Of a stretch of 64,000 nucleotides of DNA, positions 1 to 9,713 are shown in pieces. The notes under the pieces are model-generated. The model made no database searches. It saw nothing but the letters and a program-made list of their open reading frames with translations, and was not told the DNA's origin. This DNA is from Longimicrobiales bacterium (GTDB lineage Bacteria > Gemmatimonadota > Gemmatimonadetes > Longimicrobiales > Gaopeijiaceae). The stretch covers positions 544,001 through 608,000 of the forward strand of contig CBDBCF010000002.1 in NCBI GenBank assembly GCA_965202985.1, in the 5' to 3' direction. Each line of letters begins with the position of its first letter. Position 1 is the stretch's first letter. The position numbers and the translations under genes are program-made.

Positions 1-21
1 TCACCCCAAGGCGAAGCCGAC

Positions 22-1578
22 GTGACGACGCGGCCAACGGACCCGGCGCAGTGCTCACCTTCCTCGCCGCCCTGGCGTCGCCCCGCGCGCCTGATCGCCT
101 GCTTGGCCGCCGCTTGGCTGGCCCCGCCGTCCGCGTCCGCCCAGCCGGCACGGCAAGCGCCCGGCGAATCGCTGCCTGTCGTACGCCATGTCCTTCCGAA
201 CGGCATGACGTTCTTGATCCTCGAGCGCCGCCAGTCCCCCACGGCGGCGATGGTGGTGCACTACGCGACCGGCTCCGTCGACGAGCACCTGGGCAACACG
301 GGCACGGCCCACGTCCTGGAACACCTGATGTTCAAGGGCTCCCGCGAGATCGGCGCCACGGACCACGCCGGCGAGGCCGTCCTGCTGGAGGCCGTGGACG
401 CGGCCCGCGACTCGATGATCGCGGCGCTGACCGGCCCCCGCCCCGACTCCGCGCGGGCTCGGCGCTTCCGCCGGACGGCCCGGTCGCTGGAGGACCAGGC
501 CCGCGCCTTCGTGATCCCCAACGAGTTCGACCAGCTGCTGTCGGCGGAGGGCGCGCGCGGCCTCAACGCCACCACGTCCCACGAAGCCACACGGTACTTC
601 GTCGAGCTGCCGGCCAACCGCGTGGAACTTTGGTTCGCCCTCGAGTCGGACCGCATGGCCAACCCCGTCTTCCGCGAGTTCCTGACCGAGCTGGACGTGG
701 TGGCCGAAGAGCGCCGCCTTCGCCTGGAGACCAGTCCGGGGGGCGTCCTGGAACGCGCATTCCTGGCGACCGCGTTCCAAGTCCACCCGTACGGCGTGCC
801 CGTGGTGGGCCACTCGTCGGACTTGGAGACCCTGACGCGACGCCGAGTCCAAGCGTTCTTCCGCGCCCACTACGGCCCCCGCAACGCCGTCGCCGCCGTG
901 GTGGGCGACGTGGACGCCGATCAGATCAAGGAGTGGGCGGACAAGTACTTCGGGCCGCTCCCAGGCGGCGTGCCGTCCGCTCCCGTCCTGGCGCGCGAGC
1001 CGGAACAGGTGGGAGAGCGCCGCGTCACGGTGGAGTTCGAGGCCGAGCCCCGCGTGCTCGTCGGTTGGCGCGCAGTGGACGTCCGGCACGAGGACGCCCC
1101 CGCCCTGTCGATGCTGGCGGCGGTGCTCTCGGCCGGAAGAACGACGCGCCTCTACCGTCGCTTGGTGGCTGGGGACCGGTCGGCGGTTCACGTGGCCGCC
1201 TACCTGGGACCGGGCACGCGCTACTCGGGCCTCTTCATCGTGTCGGCCGTGCCCCGATCGCCCCATGCCCCGGCAGAAGTCGAGGCGGCCATATACGAAG
1301 AGATCGCCAAGCTGCAGGACACGCCCCCGGACTCGGCGGCGCTGTCCCGCATCCGGAACCAGCTCCGCGCGGGCGAACTGCGCCGGCTGGCTTCGAACCT
1401 GGGGCTGGCGCAGCAGCTGGCCGAATCGGAGGCCGCCCGGGGAGACTGGCGCGAGACGTTCCGCACCGCAGGTCGCCTGACCGGCGTGACCCCCGCCGAC
1501 GTGAGCCGGGTCGCGCGGACGTACCTGATCGACGGTCGCCGCACGGTCGCCACGATGGTCACGAAAGCACCGTCGTGA
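22..1578 (+). CDS. M16 family (pitrilysin-like) zinc peptidase, catalytic subunit, secreted
   Basis: Inverted zinc motif HxxEH (AHVLEHLMFKG), LNATTS and HPYGVPVVG motifs, signal-peptide-like N-terminus. Confidence 0.9.
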   Translation: MTTRPTDPAQCSPSSPPWRRPARLIACLAAAWLAPPSASAQPARQAPGESLPVVRHVLPNGMTFLILERRQSPTAAMVVHYATGSVDEHLGNTGTAHVLEHLMFKGSREIGATDHAGEAVLLEAVDAARDSMIAALTGPRPDSARARRFRRTARSLEDQARAFVIPNEFDQLLSAEGARGLNATTSHEATRYFVELPANRVELWFALESDRMANPVFREFLTELDVVAEERRLRLETSPGGVLERAFLATAFQVHPYGVPVVGHSSDLETLTRRRVQAFFRAHYGPRNAVAAVVGDVDADQIKEWADKYFGPLPGGVPSAPVLAREPEQVGERRVTVEFEAEPRVLVGWRAVDVRHEDAPALSMLAAVLSAGRTTRLYRRLVAGDRSAVHVAAYLGPGTRYSGLFIVSAVPRSPHAPAEVEAAIYEEIAKLQDTPPDSAALSRIRNQLRAGELRRLASNLGLAQQLAESEAARGDWRETFRTAGRLTGVTPADVSRVARTYLIDGRRTVATMVTKAPS

Positions 1579-3305
1579 CGCATCCGCGCCGTCGCGCCGT
1601 CGGCCGTCGGGCCGCCCGCATCGCGCTGATCGTCCAGGCCGCCCTCGCCCTGCTCGCCATCCAGCCGCTCCCCGTCGTCGCCGCGCAGGCGCAGCCCCCG
1701 GCACGCCCGGTCGCCGAGGGCTCGGTCCGGGACGCCATCGCCGCGCTTCGCTTCCCCGAGCTGCGCTTCACGCCCGTCCGGGCGCAGGTCGCCTCCGTTC
1801 GCGGCGTGCCCGTGTACTACGTGCAGGACCGAGAACTGCCGCTGGTCACCTTCTACGCCACCTTCCGGGGCGGCATCCGACGACTGCCCAGGGACTACTT
1901 CGCCGCGGCGCTGGCGCTGCCCGGCCTCCTGCGCGCCGGCGGCACGGCCTCGCTGCCCCCGGACTCGGTGGACGACCGGATCGAGTCGCTGGCGCTCTCC
2001 ATGAGCTTCGGACAAGGCGGAGAAAGCGCTTCGGCTTGGGTCAACTCTCTGTCGGAGCACGCGGAGACGGCGGTTTCGCTCTGGTCGGAGATGCTTCGCC
2101 TTCCGCGCTTCGATTCGGCCCAGGTGGAGCAGTGGCGCGGCGCGGAGCTGGAGCGCGTGCGGCGGCGCGGAGACGATCCGGGGGCGCTGGCGTTCGGCCT
2201 CTTCAACCACATCATGTACGGCGACCACCCGGTGGGCTGGCAGATGACGCCGGAGGACTTGGAGCCCGCGGATTTGGCCCTCGACAAGCTCCGGTTCGTG
2301 CACCGCGCGGTGGTCTGCCCCGGCGCCATGTCGGTCGGGATCGTGGGCGACATCGGGCGGGCGGAGGCCCTGGACCTGGTGGATCGCATGCTCCAAGGCT
2401 GGCCCCCCTGTTCGGGCGACTTGAGCGACGATCCCGCGCCCCGAATCCGAGACGAACCGGGGGTCTTCGTTCTGCACAAGGAGATCGAGCAGAGCGTCGT
2501 GGTGCTGGCGCACGCGTCCGCCCTTCGGCAGGAAGACGCGCCCGCCTACTTCGCCTCGCGCGTGGCCAACTCGATCTTGGGCGCTTCCGGCCTGTCCAGC
2601 CGCCTCAGCGCCGTCCTGCGCACCCGCGAAGGCCTGGCCTACGGCGCCGCCTCGGTTTGGACGGCGCCGCGCCGGCACGACGGCTTGGTCGGCGCCCTGA
2701 CGCGCACCCGGCCCGACGCCACCCTGGCCGCGGCCCGCCTCCTCCTCGGCGTCGTCGATTCCATGCGGACGGCCCCGCCCTCCACGCAGGAAGTCGCCCT
2801 GGCGATCGACGAAGCCACCAACGGCTTCGTGTTCAACTTCCAGACTCCGTTCCAAGTCGTGGCCCGCCGCATGGCCCTGGACAACATGGAGCTGCCGGAA
2901 GACTGGATGGAGCGCTACCTGGCCGGGGTCCGCGACGTCACGCCGGAGCGCGTCCAGCACGTCTTCCTGCAACACGTGGACCCGTCCCGCATGACGATCC
3001 TCTTGGTCGGCGACACAACCCGGTTCGACGGATCGCCGTCCGAGCTGGGCGCCGTTACGGTCTTGCCTTCGACCCAAAGTGAAGCGCCGCGATCCCTCCC
3101 GTCAGGAACCGCCAACCGACGCCGCGAAAGCCGGCGCTCCGCAGGCGCTCCGCGACGCCCTCCGGGCCCGGAAAGCCCTTCACCGACTCGGGCAGGTAAG
3201 AGTAGGCCCAAGGATGTCCCGACACGCGCTTCCCCACCCACGGCAGGACGTGCTCGAAGTAGAGCCGGTAGGCCGAGCCCAAGAGCCTGCCGGGCGGCGA
3301 CGTGA
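1575..3305 (+). CDS. M16 family peptidase, non-catalytic partner subunit
   Basis: GTG overlaps the upstream stop (GTGA). M16 fold motifs (LPLVTF, SSRLSAVLRTREGLAYG) but no HxxEH. The last ~80 codons overlap ubiE antisense. Confidence 0.82.
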   Translation: MTHPRRRAVGRRAARIALIVQAALALLAIQPLPVVAAQAQPPARPVAEGSVRDAIAALRFPELRFTPVRAQVASVRGVPVYYVQDRELPLVTFYATFRGGIRRLPRDYFAAALALPGLLRAGGTASLPPDSVDDRIESLALSMSFGQGGESASAWVNSLSEHAETAVSLWSEMLRLPRFDSAQVEQWRGAELERVRRRGDDPGALAFGLFNHIMYGDHPVGWQMTPEDLEPADLALDKLRFVHRAVVCPGAMSVGIVGDIGRAEALDLVDRMLQGWPPCSGDLSDDPAPRIRDEPGVFVLHKEIEQSVVVLAHASALRQEDAPAYFASRVANSILGASGLSSRLSAVLRTREGLAYGAASVWTAPRRHDGLVGALTRTRPDATLAAARLLLGVVDSMRTAPPSTQEVALAIDEATNGFVFNFQTPFQVVARRMALDNMELPEDWMERYLAGVRDVTPERVQHVFLQHVDPSRMTILLVGDTTRFDGSPSELGAVTVLPSTQSEAPRSLPSGTANRRRESRRSAGAPRRPPGPESPSPTRAGKSRPKDVPTRASPPTAGRARSRAGRPSPRACRAAT

Positions 3306-3831
3306 ACTCCAGCAGCACCACGCGGCCGTCGGGCGCCAGCACGCGGTGTAGCTCGCGAAGCCCCGCGTCCAAGTCGCTCAGGTTGCGCGCACCGAAGCCG
3401 ACTGCGGCCCCGGCAAAGGCGCCGGCGGCAAGAGGCAGGCGCTCTGCGTCGCCGCACAACGGCAGGACCCGCCGCCCGATCGTCTTGGACAGCCCCTGGG
3501 CCAGCATCGGAAACGCAAAGTCCGCGCCGACCACCTTGCCTCGGAAGCCGGGTTGCCGAGCCAGCTCCAGCGCCAGGTCGAAGGTGCCGGCGCAGGCGTC
3601 CAGGAACACGCCGTCGGGCGCGCGATCCCAGGCCAATGCGCGAACGGCCCTGCGTCGCCACCTGCGATCGATGTTGAGGCTGAGCACGTGATTCAGCAGG
3701 TCGTACCGAGGCGCAATCTCGCTGAAGAGCGTCCGAACCTGGGCGGCCCGATCCCGGCCGGCGGCGGGCTTCGAGCTCCAAGAAGCGGGGCTCGCTTTGC
3801 TTTGCGCGGCCAAGGGCGGCTCCGGGGCCAA
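3055..3831 (-). CDS. ubiE: Ubiquinone/menaquinone biosynthesis C-methyltransferase (UbiE/MenG)
   Basis: LFSEIAPRYDLLNHVLSLNIDRRWRR, SAM motif LDACAGT, GFGARN, YSYLPES. Start (TTG 3831 or 3813) uncertain. Confidence 0.88.
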   Translation of the reverse strand: MAPEPPLAAQSKASPASWSSKPAAGRDRAAQVRTLFSEIAPRYDLLNHVLSLNIDRRWRRRAVRALAWDRAPDGVFLDACAGTFDLALELARQPGFRGKVVGADFAFPMLAQGLSKTIGRRVLPLCGDAERLPLAAGAFAGAAVGFGARNLSDLDAGLRELHRVLAPDGRVVLLEFTSPPGRLLGSAYRLYFEHVLPWVGKRVSGHPWAYSYLPESVKGFPGPEGVAERLRSAGFRGVGWRFLTGGIAALHFGSKARP

Positions 3832-3903
3832 TGAAAGAATTCCGCGACGAGGACGGTAGACGTAGGATAAGAAGGATACGCACACCACGGAGACCGGCGG
3901 AAC

Positions 3904-4497
3904 TTGAACAAGCCCGTTCCAAGCGACAAGGCGCTGGCCGCAAAGGCCTCCGCCGGACACGAGAGGGCGTTCCGCGACCTGATGACGCGCTACGAGAAGC
4001 CCGTCTTCTCGCTCGTCTTCCGCATGGTCCGGGACCGCAGCCTGGCCGAAGACCTGGCGCAAGAAACCTTCATTCGCGCCTTTACCGCCATCCGCAGCTA
4101 CAACCCCAGCTACAAGTTCTCCAGCTGGATCTTCAAGATCGCCCACAACCTGACGATCGACCACCTTCGCAAGAGGCGCCTCGAAACGGTGTCGATCCAC
4201 GGCGCCCCCGACGCGCTCACCGAAGAGGAGCAGGCGCGAACCAGTCTGGAGCTGGAGGATACCGGCGAGCTTCCCGACGCATACGTGGAGAACCTGGAGC
4301 TGGGCACCCAGATCGAACGCGCGATCGGCCGGCTCCGACCCGAGTACCGAACCGCGACGCTCCTGCGGCACGTCGAGGGCTACTCCTACCAGGAGATCGC
4401 CGAGATCATGGACTTGCCCCTGGGCACGGTGAAGACGTACATCCACCGAGCCCGACTCGAACTCAAGGAGATGCTGGCCGACGTGGCGAGACCGTGA
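3904..4497 (+). CDS. ECF RNA polymerase sigma factor (SigW/RpoE-like)
   Basis: Region 2 (AEDLAQETFIRAF, FSSWIFKIAHN) and region 4 (YSYQEIAEIMDLPLGTVKTYIHRAR). Confidence 0.93.
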   Translation: MNKPVPSDKALAAKASAGHERAFRDLMTRYEKPVFSLVFRMVRDRSLAEDLAQETFIRAFTAIRSYNPSYKFSSWIFKIAHNLTIDHLRKRRLETVSIHGAPDALTEEEQARTSLELEDTGELPDAYVENLELGTQIERAIGRLRPEYRTATLLRHVEGYSYQEIAEIMDLPLGTVKTYIHRARLELKEMLADVARP

Positions 4498-4557
4498 GAA
4501 CTTGTCGCCGAGCCGCGGGAGCCCGTTTGTCGAGGCGACCGCTCCGGCGCCGAAGCG

Positions 4558-4584
4558 TGAAACCCGTTGCCTAAGCAAGTCGTA
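4558..4584 (+). promoter_or_regulatory. Putative ECF (SigW-type) promoter, TGAAAC-N17-CGTA
   Basis: TGAAAC at 4558-4563 and CGTA at 4581-4584, followed by SD AAGGAG (4598-4603) and GTG 4615; lies directly downstream of an ECF sigma gene. Confidence 0.65.
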
Positions 4585-4614
4585 ATGGGCGCAACGAAAG
4601 GAGTCGCGTAGACC

Positions 4615-5460
4615 GTGCACAGCCGAGACACAGAACACGTCGGGTTGCCCTCGCAGGCGTCCGCCGACGCCCCGGGCCGGGAACGGGAGCCGGACGAGGA
4701 GCTGGCCGCCCGCGTGGACGTGGCGTTGCACACTTTGCCGCAGCTGGCGCCCGCGCCGGATTTTCAGGTGCGGGTCCTGGCTCAGCTGCGCATCCGGAAG
4801 TTCGCCTGGGTGCGGCTTCGCGCCTGGCTGACCGGCTCGAGCTGCGGCGTTCCCGACCCCTTCGGTGCGCTGTTGGAGGGCGGCATCTCCCGACGGCAGG
4901 CCCGGGCCCTGGCCGCCTTCGTCGCCGTCGACCCCGAAGCCGCCGCGGCCGTGGCCGACCGCAAGCGGCTGGCCGAGAGGATCGCGCGTGTTCCCTCGCT
5001 GGGGCCGCGACTCGGCTTCCCGGACCGAGTCATGGCCCGCGTTCCCGTGACCCCGCTCCCCTTCCGACACCGCGCCCTTGCCCGAGCCCGCGCGCAAGCG
5101 GCCAAGCTGCTTCCGGGGCGCAGGGAACGCTTGGCGGCCGTGTTCGGCCTCGCGTTCGGGCCCGCGGCGGCCTTTGGCGCGGGCTTTGCCGTGCTCAGCG
5201 ACCCGCTGGCCACCGTGGCCAACGTCGGAGGGTTCGCATGGGCTTGGCTCGGAACTTTCTTGCCCCAGCTGGCCGGGGCGTCGGCTGGCGCGCTGGAAGG
5301 CGCTGGCGCCGGCGGCCTCGTCCCCGCGGTCGCGGCTCCCGTCGTTGTCGCCGGACTGTTGGTCCTGGCCGCCCTCGCGGTGTTGTCCAGCTGGATTCTC
5401 TACAGGAACTTCGTCAAGGTCGTCGCGGTGGAGCACCAAGATGTGCAAGTACCGGTATAG
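4615..5460 (+). CDS. Putative membrane-anchored anti-sigma factor
   Basis: Follows the ECF sigma gene. Two P-x-(A/G)P-x3-F-x2-RV anti-sigma-like segments, then hydrophobic C-terminal helices. No HxxxCxxC zinc motif. Confidence 0.6.
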   Translation: MHSRDTEHVGLPSQASADAPGREREPDEELAARVDVALHTLPQLAPAPDFQVRVLAQLRIRKFAWVRLRAWLTGSSCGVPDPFGALLEGGISRRQARALAAFVAVDPEAAAAVADRKRLAERIARVPSLGPRLGFPDRVMARVPVTPLPFRHRALARARAQAAKLLPGRRERLAAVFGLAFGPAAAFGAGFAVLSDPLATVANVGGFAWAWLGTFLPQLAGASAGALEGAGAGGLVPAVAAPVVVAGLLVLAALAVLSSWILYRNFVKVVAVEHQDVQVPV

Positions 5461-7018
5461 CCCCCTGGCCGCCTCGGCCGCCGTCGCGCTGGCCGCGCTT
5501 CTCGCCCCGACTTCGCCGGTGCGGGGTCAGGAGCGCAGCGTCTTGTCCAACCAAGTGGAGGTGTCCGCCAGAGCGGCATCGTTGCGCCTGGAGTTCTCCG
5601 AGGGACCGCCCCTGTCAGTGGCGTTCGGGGACGGGAGGGTCGTGGTGGACGGCCAAGTCGTGGGCGACTACCAGCCCGGCGGTCGGGCCGACCAAGCATG
5701 GCGCGAGCTGCTGGCCGCGGTTCTGCCCTTGTCGGACGGCCCCTTGGCGCAGGAACTTGCGCGTTGGAGCCCCGGCCCCGGCCTGCCCGAGGCCGATCTG
5801 GCCCTCTTGAACACAGTGGACCGGGCCATCGACGCCGCCGTTGCCGGAGCATCCGGCGACCTCCAAAGGACGCGCATCGCGCCCGCGGTCGTCGGTCTCT
5901 TGGAGATCCTGTCCAGCGACGGCCGCTTCGGCGAACTCGGCGCGGCCCTGGAAGGCGTGGACCTCGAGTCCATGGAGGTCGTGCTGGACGACGACCGCGT
6001 GGTCGTTCAGGGCGAATCCGTGCACGGCAGCGTCCTCGTGGCCGGGAGCGAGCTGGAGGTGCACGGCCGGATCGCCGGACATGCGATCCTGGTGGACGGA
6101 GTTCTCGTGATCGAGGAAGGCGGAACCGTCGAAGGCGACGCGCGCGTCGTGGACGGCCGAGTGGAGGAACGGGGCGGAACGCTTCGGGGCGACGTGGTCG
6201 ATCTCCTGCACGAGCCGGACGCGAACCGCAACCAGGACATGGACCGGGTCCGGCACGAGATGAGGGAGCAGGTGCGACAGGAAGTGCGGCGCGAAATCGA
6301 ACGAGACCGCTCTCGGGGCCGCGGCGGCTTGCTGGGCAGCCGCGGTCCGGTCGCCCGAGCCTTGGGCGACTTGTTCGAGGCCGTGGCGACGTTCGTGGTC
6401 CTCGCCCTTGCGATGCTGTTGATGGCGCGGATCGCCGGCGAGCGGGTGGACGCGGTGACCGAGGCCATAGGCCACAACCCGGCCCGGAGCGCCGCCGTGG
6501 GGTTCGCGGGCGGCTTCTTGATGCTTCCGATCTACGTGGTGGGGATCGTCCTGCTGGCCGTGTCGATCGTCGGCATCCCTCTGTTGCTGGCGTGGGCCCC
6601 GCTGTTTCCGCTGGCCGTGGTGGCCGCCGGGTTCGCGGGCTACGTGGGCGTCAGCCATCACGTGGGGCGGTGGGTGCTCCGGCAGGACCTTTCTTGGCTT
6701 TCCCGAGCCGACGCGCGAAATCCGGTTCACGTCAAGCTCGTCGGAATGGCCGCGCTCCTGGCGCCGTTCCCCGTGGCCGGCGTTCTCAGGGTGTTTCCCG
6801 TGGTCGGCTGGACGGGGAGCGTCGTGCACGCCTTGGGCATCCTGGGTTGCTTCGCGGCGGTGATCGTAGGCTTGGGGGCGGTGCTCATCACGCGGGGAGG
6901 ACGCTACCCCGCCAGCTCCTACGCCTTTGCCGACGCGCTCGACGACCTGGGGGCGCACCCGGATTGGCCCGATCAGAGCGAGCCGCCCGACGCCCCGTCG
7001 GAAGACGCCCCATCATGA
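5441..7018 (+). CDS. Membrane protein with bactofilin/polymer-forming beta-helix-like segment and C-terminal multi-TM domain
   Basis: Signal peptide; repeats VHGSVLVAG, VHGRIAGHAILVDG, VEGDARVVDG; several TM helices; overlaps the upstream gene. Confidence 0.65.
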   Translation: MCKYRYSPLAASAAVALAALLAPTSPVRGQERSVLSNQVEVSARAASLRLEFSEGPPLSVAFGDGRVVVDGQVVGDYQPGGRADQAWRELLAAVLPLSDGPLAQELARWSPGPGLPEADLALLNTVDRAIDAAVAGASGDLQRTRIAPAVVGLLEILSSDGRFGELGAALEGVDLESMEVVLDDDRVVVQGESVHGSVLVAGSELEVHGRIAGHAILVDGVLVIEEGGTVEGDARVVDGRVEERGGTLRGDVVDLLHEPDANRNQDMDRVRHEMREQVRQEVRREIERDRSRGRGGLLGSRGPVARALGDLFEAVATFVVLALAMLLMARIAGERVDAVTEAIGHNPARSAAVGFAGGFLMLPIYVVGIVLLAVSIVGIPLLLAWAPLFPLAVVAAGFAGYVGVSHHVGRWVLRQDLSWLSRADARNPVHVKLVGMAALLAPFPVAGVLRVFPVVGWTGSVVHALGILGCFAAVIVGLGAVLITRGGRYPASSYAFADALDDLGAHPDWPDQSEPPDAPSEDAPS

Positions 7019-7893
7019 CGATTCGAGTCGGCGCGACGGCCGCGCTCCTGGCGATTCCGGTCGCGGCAGCGCCCAGTCCAGGCCCGGCGGCCGCCGCCGC
7101 CCAGAGCTGGAAGACCTTCGTTTCGTCCCGGCAACCTGCGGGCGAAGAGGAACTGCGCGTTCGCGTCAGCTACGGCGCCGGAGCCTTGACGCTTCGGCGG
7201 GGCGGCGACGGTGCGCTCTACCGGCTGGTCCTTCGCTACGACGAGGAATCGGCACAACCTCTGGCCGAGTACCGCGACGGACGCCTGCGCGCGGGCGCCT
7301 CCAAGGCCGACGGACGAGGCATCCGCTTCGCCGGCTTTGGAGACCGAACGTCCCAGAACGCGCTGGACCTGGAGCTGGGAACGGATGTTCCGCTGGAGCT
7401 CGACTTGGCGTTTGGCGCCGGCGAGGCCGAGCTGGACCTGACCGGGCTGCCCATACGCGAGCTGGAAGTGAGCACGGGGGCCTCCGAATCCATGCTCCGC
7501 ATCGATCAAGTCAACCCGGAACGGATGGAGTTGGCGTCGTTCAAGGTCGGCGTGGCGGACTTCCGCGTCCGAGGACTGGGCAACTTGGCCGCCGAAGAGG
7601 TCCGGCTGACGGCGGGGCTGGGCTCGGTGACGCTCGGCCTTGACGGCAAGTGGCCCGCGGACGCGCGCCTAGTCCTGGAGATGGGGCTGGGCGCACTGAG
7701 CCTTCGAGCCCCCGAGGAACTGGGTGTGCAGATCCGTGCCGAAAGCAACTTTCTGGCGTCCCTCGACTTGGAGGGAATGGAAGAACACGAGGACGACGTT
7801 CATCGGTCCGCGAACTGGGAGCGGGCCGAACGGCGCGTAGAGGTCGAAGTGTCGGCCGCCCTGGGAAGCATCGAGTTGGTGAGGACCCCGTGA
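7015..7893 (+). CDS. Secreted LiaF-like/adhesin (toast-rack beta-solenoid) domain protein
   Basis: ATGA overlap, signal peptide, repeated GAG/GVA/GLG beta-solenoid motifs (LAFGAGEAELDLTGL, LEMGLGALSL). Confidence 0.6.
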   Translation: MTIRVGATAALLAIPVAAAPSPGPAAAAAQSWKTFVSSRQPAGEEELRVRVSYGAGALTLRRGGDGALYRLVLRYDEESAQPLAEYRDGRLRAGASKADGRGIRFAGFGDRTSQNALDLELGTDVPLELDLAFGAGEAELDLTGLPIRELEVSTGASESMLRIDQVNPERMELASFKVGVADFRVRGLGNLAAEEVRLTAGLGSVTLGLDGKWPADARLVLEMGLGALSLRAPEELGVQIRAESNFLASLDLEGMEEHEDDVHRSANWERAERRVEVEVSAALGSIELVRTP

Positions 7894-7941
7894 GCGCCGG
7901 CCTGCTTGACCCGGGGGGCGGTCAGCTTGGCGGGGCGCGAC

Positions 7942-7995
7942 GGTTCGGCGCAGGCGCAGGGTTCGGCGCAGGCGCAGGGTCCGGCGCAGAGGCAG
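7942..7995. repeat. Intergenic 18-bp tandem repeat x3
   Basis: GGTTCGGCGCAGGCGCAG twice exactly (7942-7959, 7960-7977), then the degenerate copy GGTCCGGCGCAGAGGCAG. Confidence 0.85.
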
Positions 7996-8059
7996 GGCGC
8001 GGGTCGTTCCTGTTATCTTGGATTTCGGGCACAATGTCCAGGACCGACCGGAGGACCGC

Positions 8060-8296
8060 ATGATCGCAAGCTTGTTGACCTTTCTGGCCGTAGGGCTCGT
8101 CAGCCTCGTCGCCGTTTGGATCGTCCTCTCGGTGGTGGGCGGCCTTCTGGGGCTCACCATTGGACTCGCCGGCTTCCTGATCTTCAAGGTGGCCCCGCTC
8201 ATGCTCCTGGGCTGGGCCGTCCTCAAGCTCGTCTCCAAGATTCGCGGAGGCGGCGCGCTCACTTCGGCGGACCGTCGCTGGCTGCGGGGCGACTAA
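8060..8296 (+). CDS. Small hydrophobic membrane protein (78 aa)
   Basis: GGAGGA SD before ATG 8060; almost entirely hydrophobic; last gene of the ECF-linked run. Confidence 0.75.
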   Translation: MIASLLTFLAVGLVSLVAVWIVLSVVGGLLGLTIGLAGFLIFKVAPLMLLGWAVLKLVSKIRGGGALTSADRRWLRGD

Positions 8297-8308
8297 GCCA
8301 AAACCTGG

Positions 8309-9472
8309 TCAGCGCCGGGGCGACAAAGCGCCGAGAGCCTCCAACATGCGGTCGCCGATCGTTCGCAACGCGGCGCCGGCGGGCGACTCGGGGGCGGACA
8401 CCACGGTGGGCCGGCCGTCGTCTCCGGCCTGTCGCACGGCCAAGTCCAGGGGTACGCTGCCCAGGAAGGGGACCGACAGCTCCCGAGCCAGGGCCTCTCC
8501 CCCGCCCCGCCCGAACAGGTCCACCACGTCTTCCGACCCCGGCAGCCGAAAGCCGGCCATGTTCTCGACGACGCCCAGCACGCGCGTGTTGACGCGCTCG
8601 AACATCTTGATGCCTCGGCGCACGTCGCCCGTCGCCACCTTCTGGGGCGTGGTGACCATCACGGCGCCGTCCAGCTCGACGGTCTGAACCAGCGACAGCT
8701 GGGCGTCTCCCGTGCCCGGCGGCATGTCGACCACCATCAAGTCCAAGCTGTTCCACGCCACCTGCTCCACGAACTGCTTGAGGACGCCGGCGATGAGCGG
8801 GCCGCGCATGATCGCCGGCTGATCGGGGTCCAGCAGAAAGCCCAAGCTCATCAGGCGGACGCCGTGAGACCGCAGAGGCTCGATCATCTCGGACCCCTTG
8901 TCGCCCGACACGCTCGGCCGACGGTCCTCGCCGAACATGACGGGGATGTTGGGCCCATAGATGTCGGCGTCCATCAGACCGACGGCCAAGCCTCGCGCGG
9001 CAGCATGGGCAGCCAAGTTCGACGCCACCATGGACTTGCCCACTCCTCCCTTGCCCGAACTCACGGCCACGATGCGCTCGACGCCGGCCAGCACGCCCGG
9101 CTTGGGCACGGGCGCCGGAACCGAGCCGGGACGCAACCCCTGCGTCGGGGGCGTTGCCGTCGGCGCTCCGCCACTCCGGCCGTCGGGACTTCCCCCTGCC
9201 CCCGGCACGCGCCCGGCAGGCCCCGTGCGCGGCAAGCGGACGTCCACCTTGACCGCGCTCACTCCGTCCACGCCCTCGGCGGCCGCCTTGGCCTGCCGCA
9301 CCAGCGCCCCGGGGTCGCCCCGCCGCAGCAAGAAGGAGAAGCGCGCCTGCCCGCCGGCCTCCACCGACAGGTCCTCGATCTGCCCCGCCGCGACCACGTC
9401 TCGACCCGTCGCCGGGTTGACCACGTCGGCAAGGGCGCGGGTCACCGCGGCGGCGAGCCCGCTTTCGCTCAT
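8309..9472 (-). CDS. mrp: Mrp/NBP35 (ApbC) Fe-S cluster carrier ATPase
   Basis: SGKGGVGKS, DADIYGP, DMPPGTGD, VTTPQ, GVVENM; N-terminal FeS-assembly domain. Confidence 0.93.
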   Translation of the reverse strand: MSESGLAAAVTRALADVVNPATGRDVVAAGQIEDLSVEAGGQARFSFLLRRGDPGALVRQAKAAAEGVDGVSAVKVDVRLPRTGPAGRVPGAGGSPDGRSGGAPTATPPTQGLRPGSVPAPVPKPGVLAGVERIVAVSSGKGGVGKSMVASNLAAHAAARGLAVGLMDADIYGPNIPVMFGEDRRPSVSGDKGSEMIEPLRSHGVRLMSLGFLLDPDQPAIMRGPLIAGVLKQFVEQVAWNSLDLMVVDMPPGTGDAQLSLVQTVELDGAVMVTTPQKVATGDVRRGIKMFERVNTRVLGVVENMAGFRLPGSEDVVDLFGRGGGEALARELSVPFLGSVPLDLAVRQAGDDGRPTVVSAPESPAGAALRTIGDRMLEALGALSPRR

Positions 9473-9482
9473 CGTCCCGGGG

Positions 9483-9713
9483 TCAGACGGCCTCGACGGT
9501 CAGCTCGTCGGACACCTCCGCCCGGAGCTTCCGTTCGATCCCGTCCTTCAGGGTCATCATCGATATGGGACACGACTCGCACGCCCCCATCAGACGGACC
9601 TCCACCTTCCCCGACTCCTTGCTCCACCCCACCAGTTCCACGTCTCCGCCGTCGGACCGAATGGCTGGGCGAATGGATTCCAGCACCGCTTGGATCCGAT
9701 CGATGGTCCTCAT
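9483..9713 (-). CDS. NifU-like (Nfu) Fe-S scaffold domain protein
   Basis: IRPAIRSDGGDVELV, GACESCP (CxxC), TLKDGIE; upstream of mrp. Confidence 0.9.
   Translation of the reverse strand: MRTIDRIQAVLESIRPAIRSDGGDVELVGWSKESGKVEVRLMGACESCPISMMTLKDGIERKLRAEVSDELTVEAV

Noticed and set aside
7942..7995. Short repeats as a possible CRISPR array
   Set aside because: Head-to-tail units with no spacers and no cas genes
8952..8972. DADIYGP in Mrp resembling the TDIYGN repeat
   Set aside because: Conserved Mrp family motif, internal and on the opposite strand; coincidental
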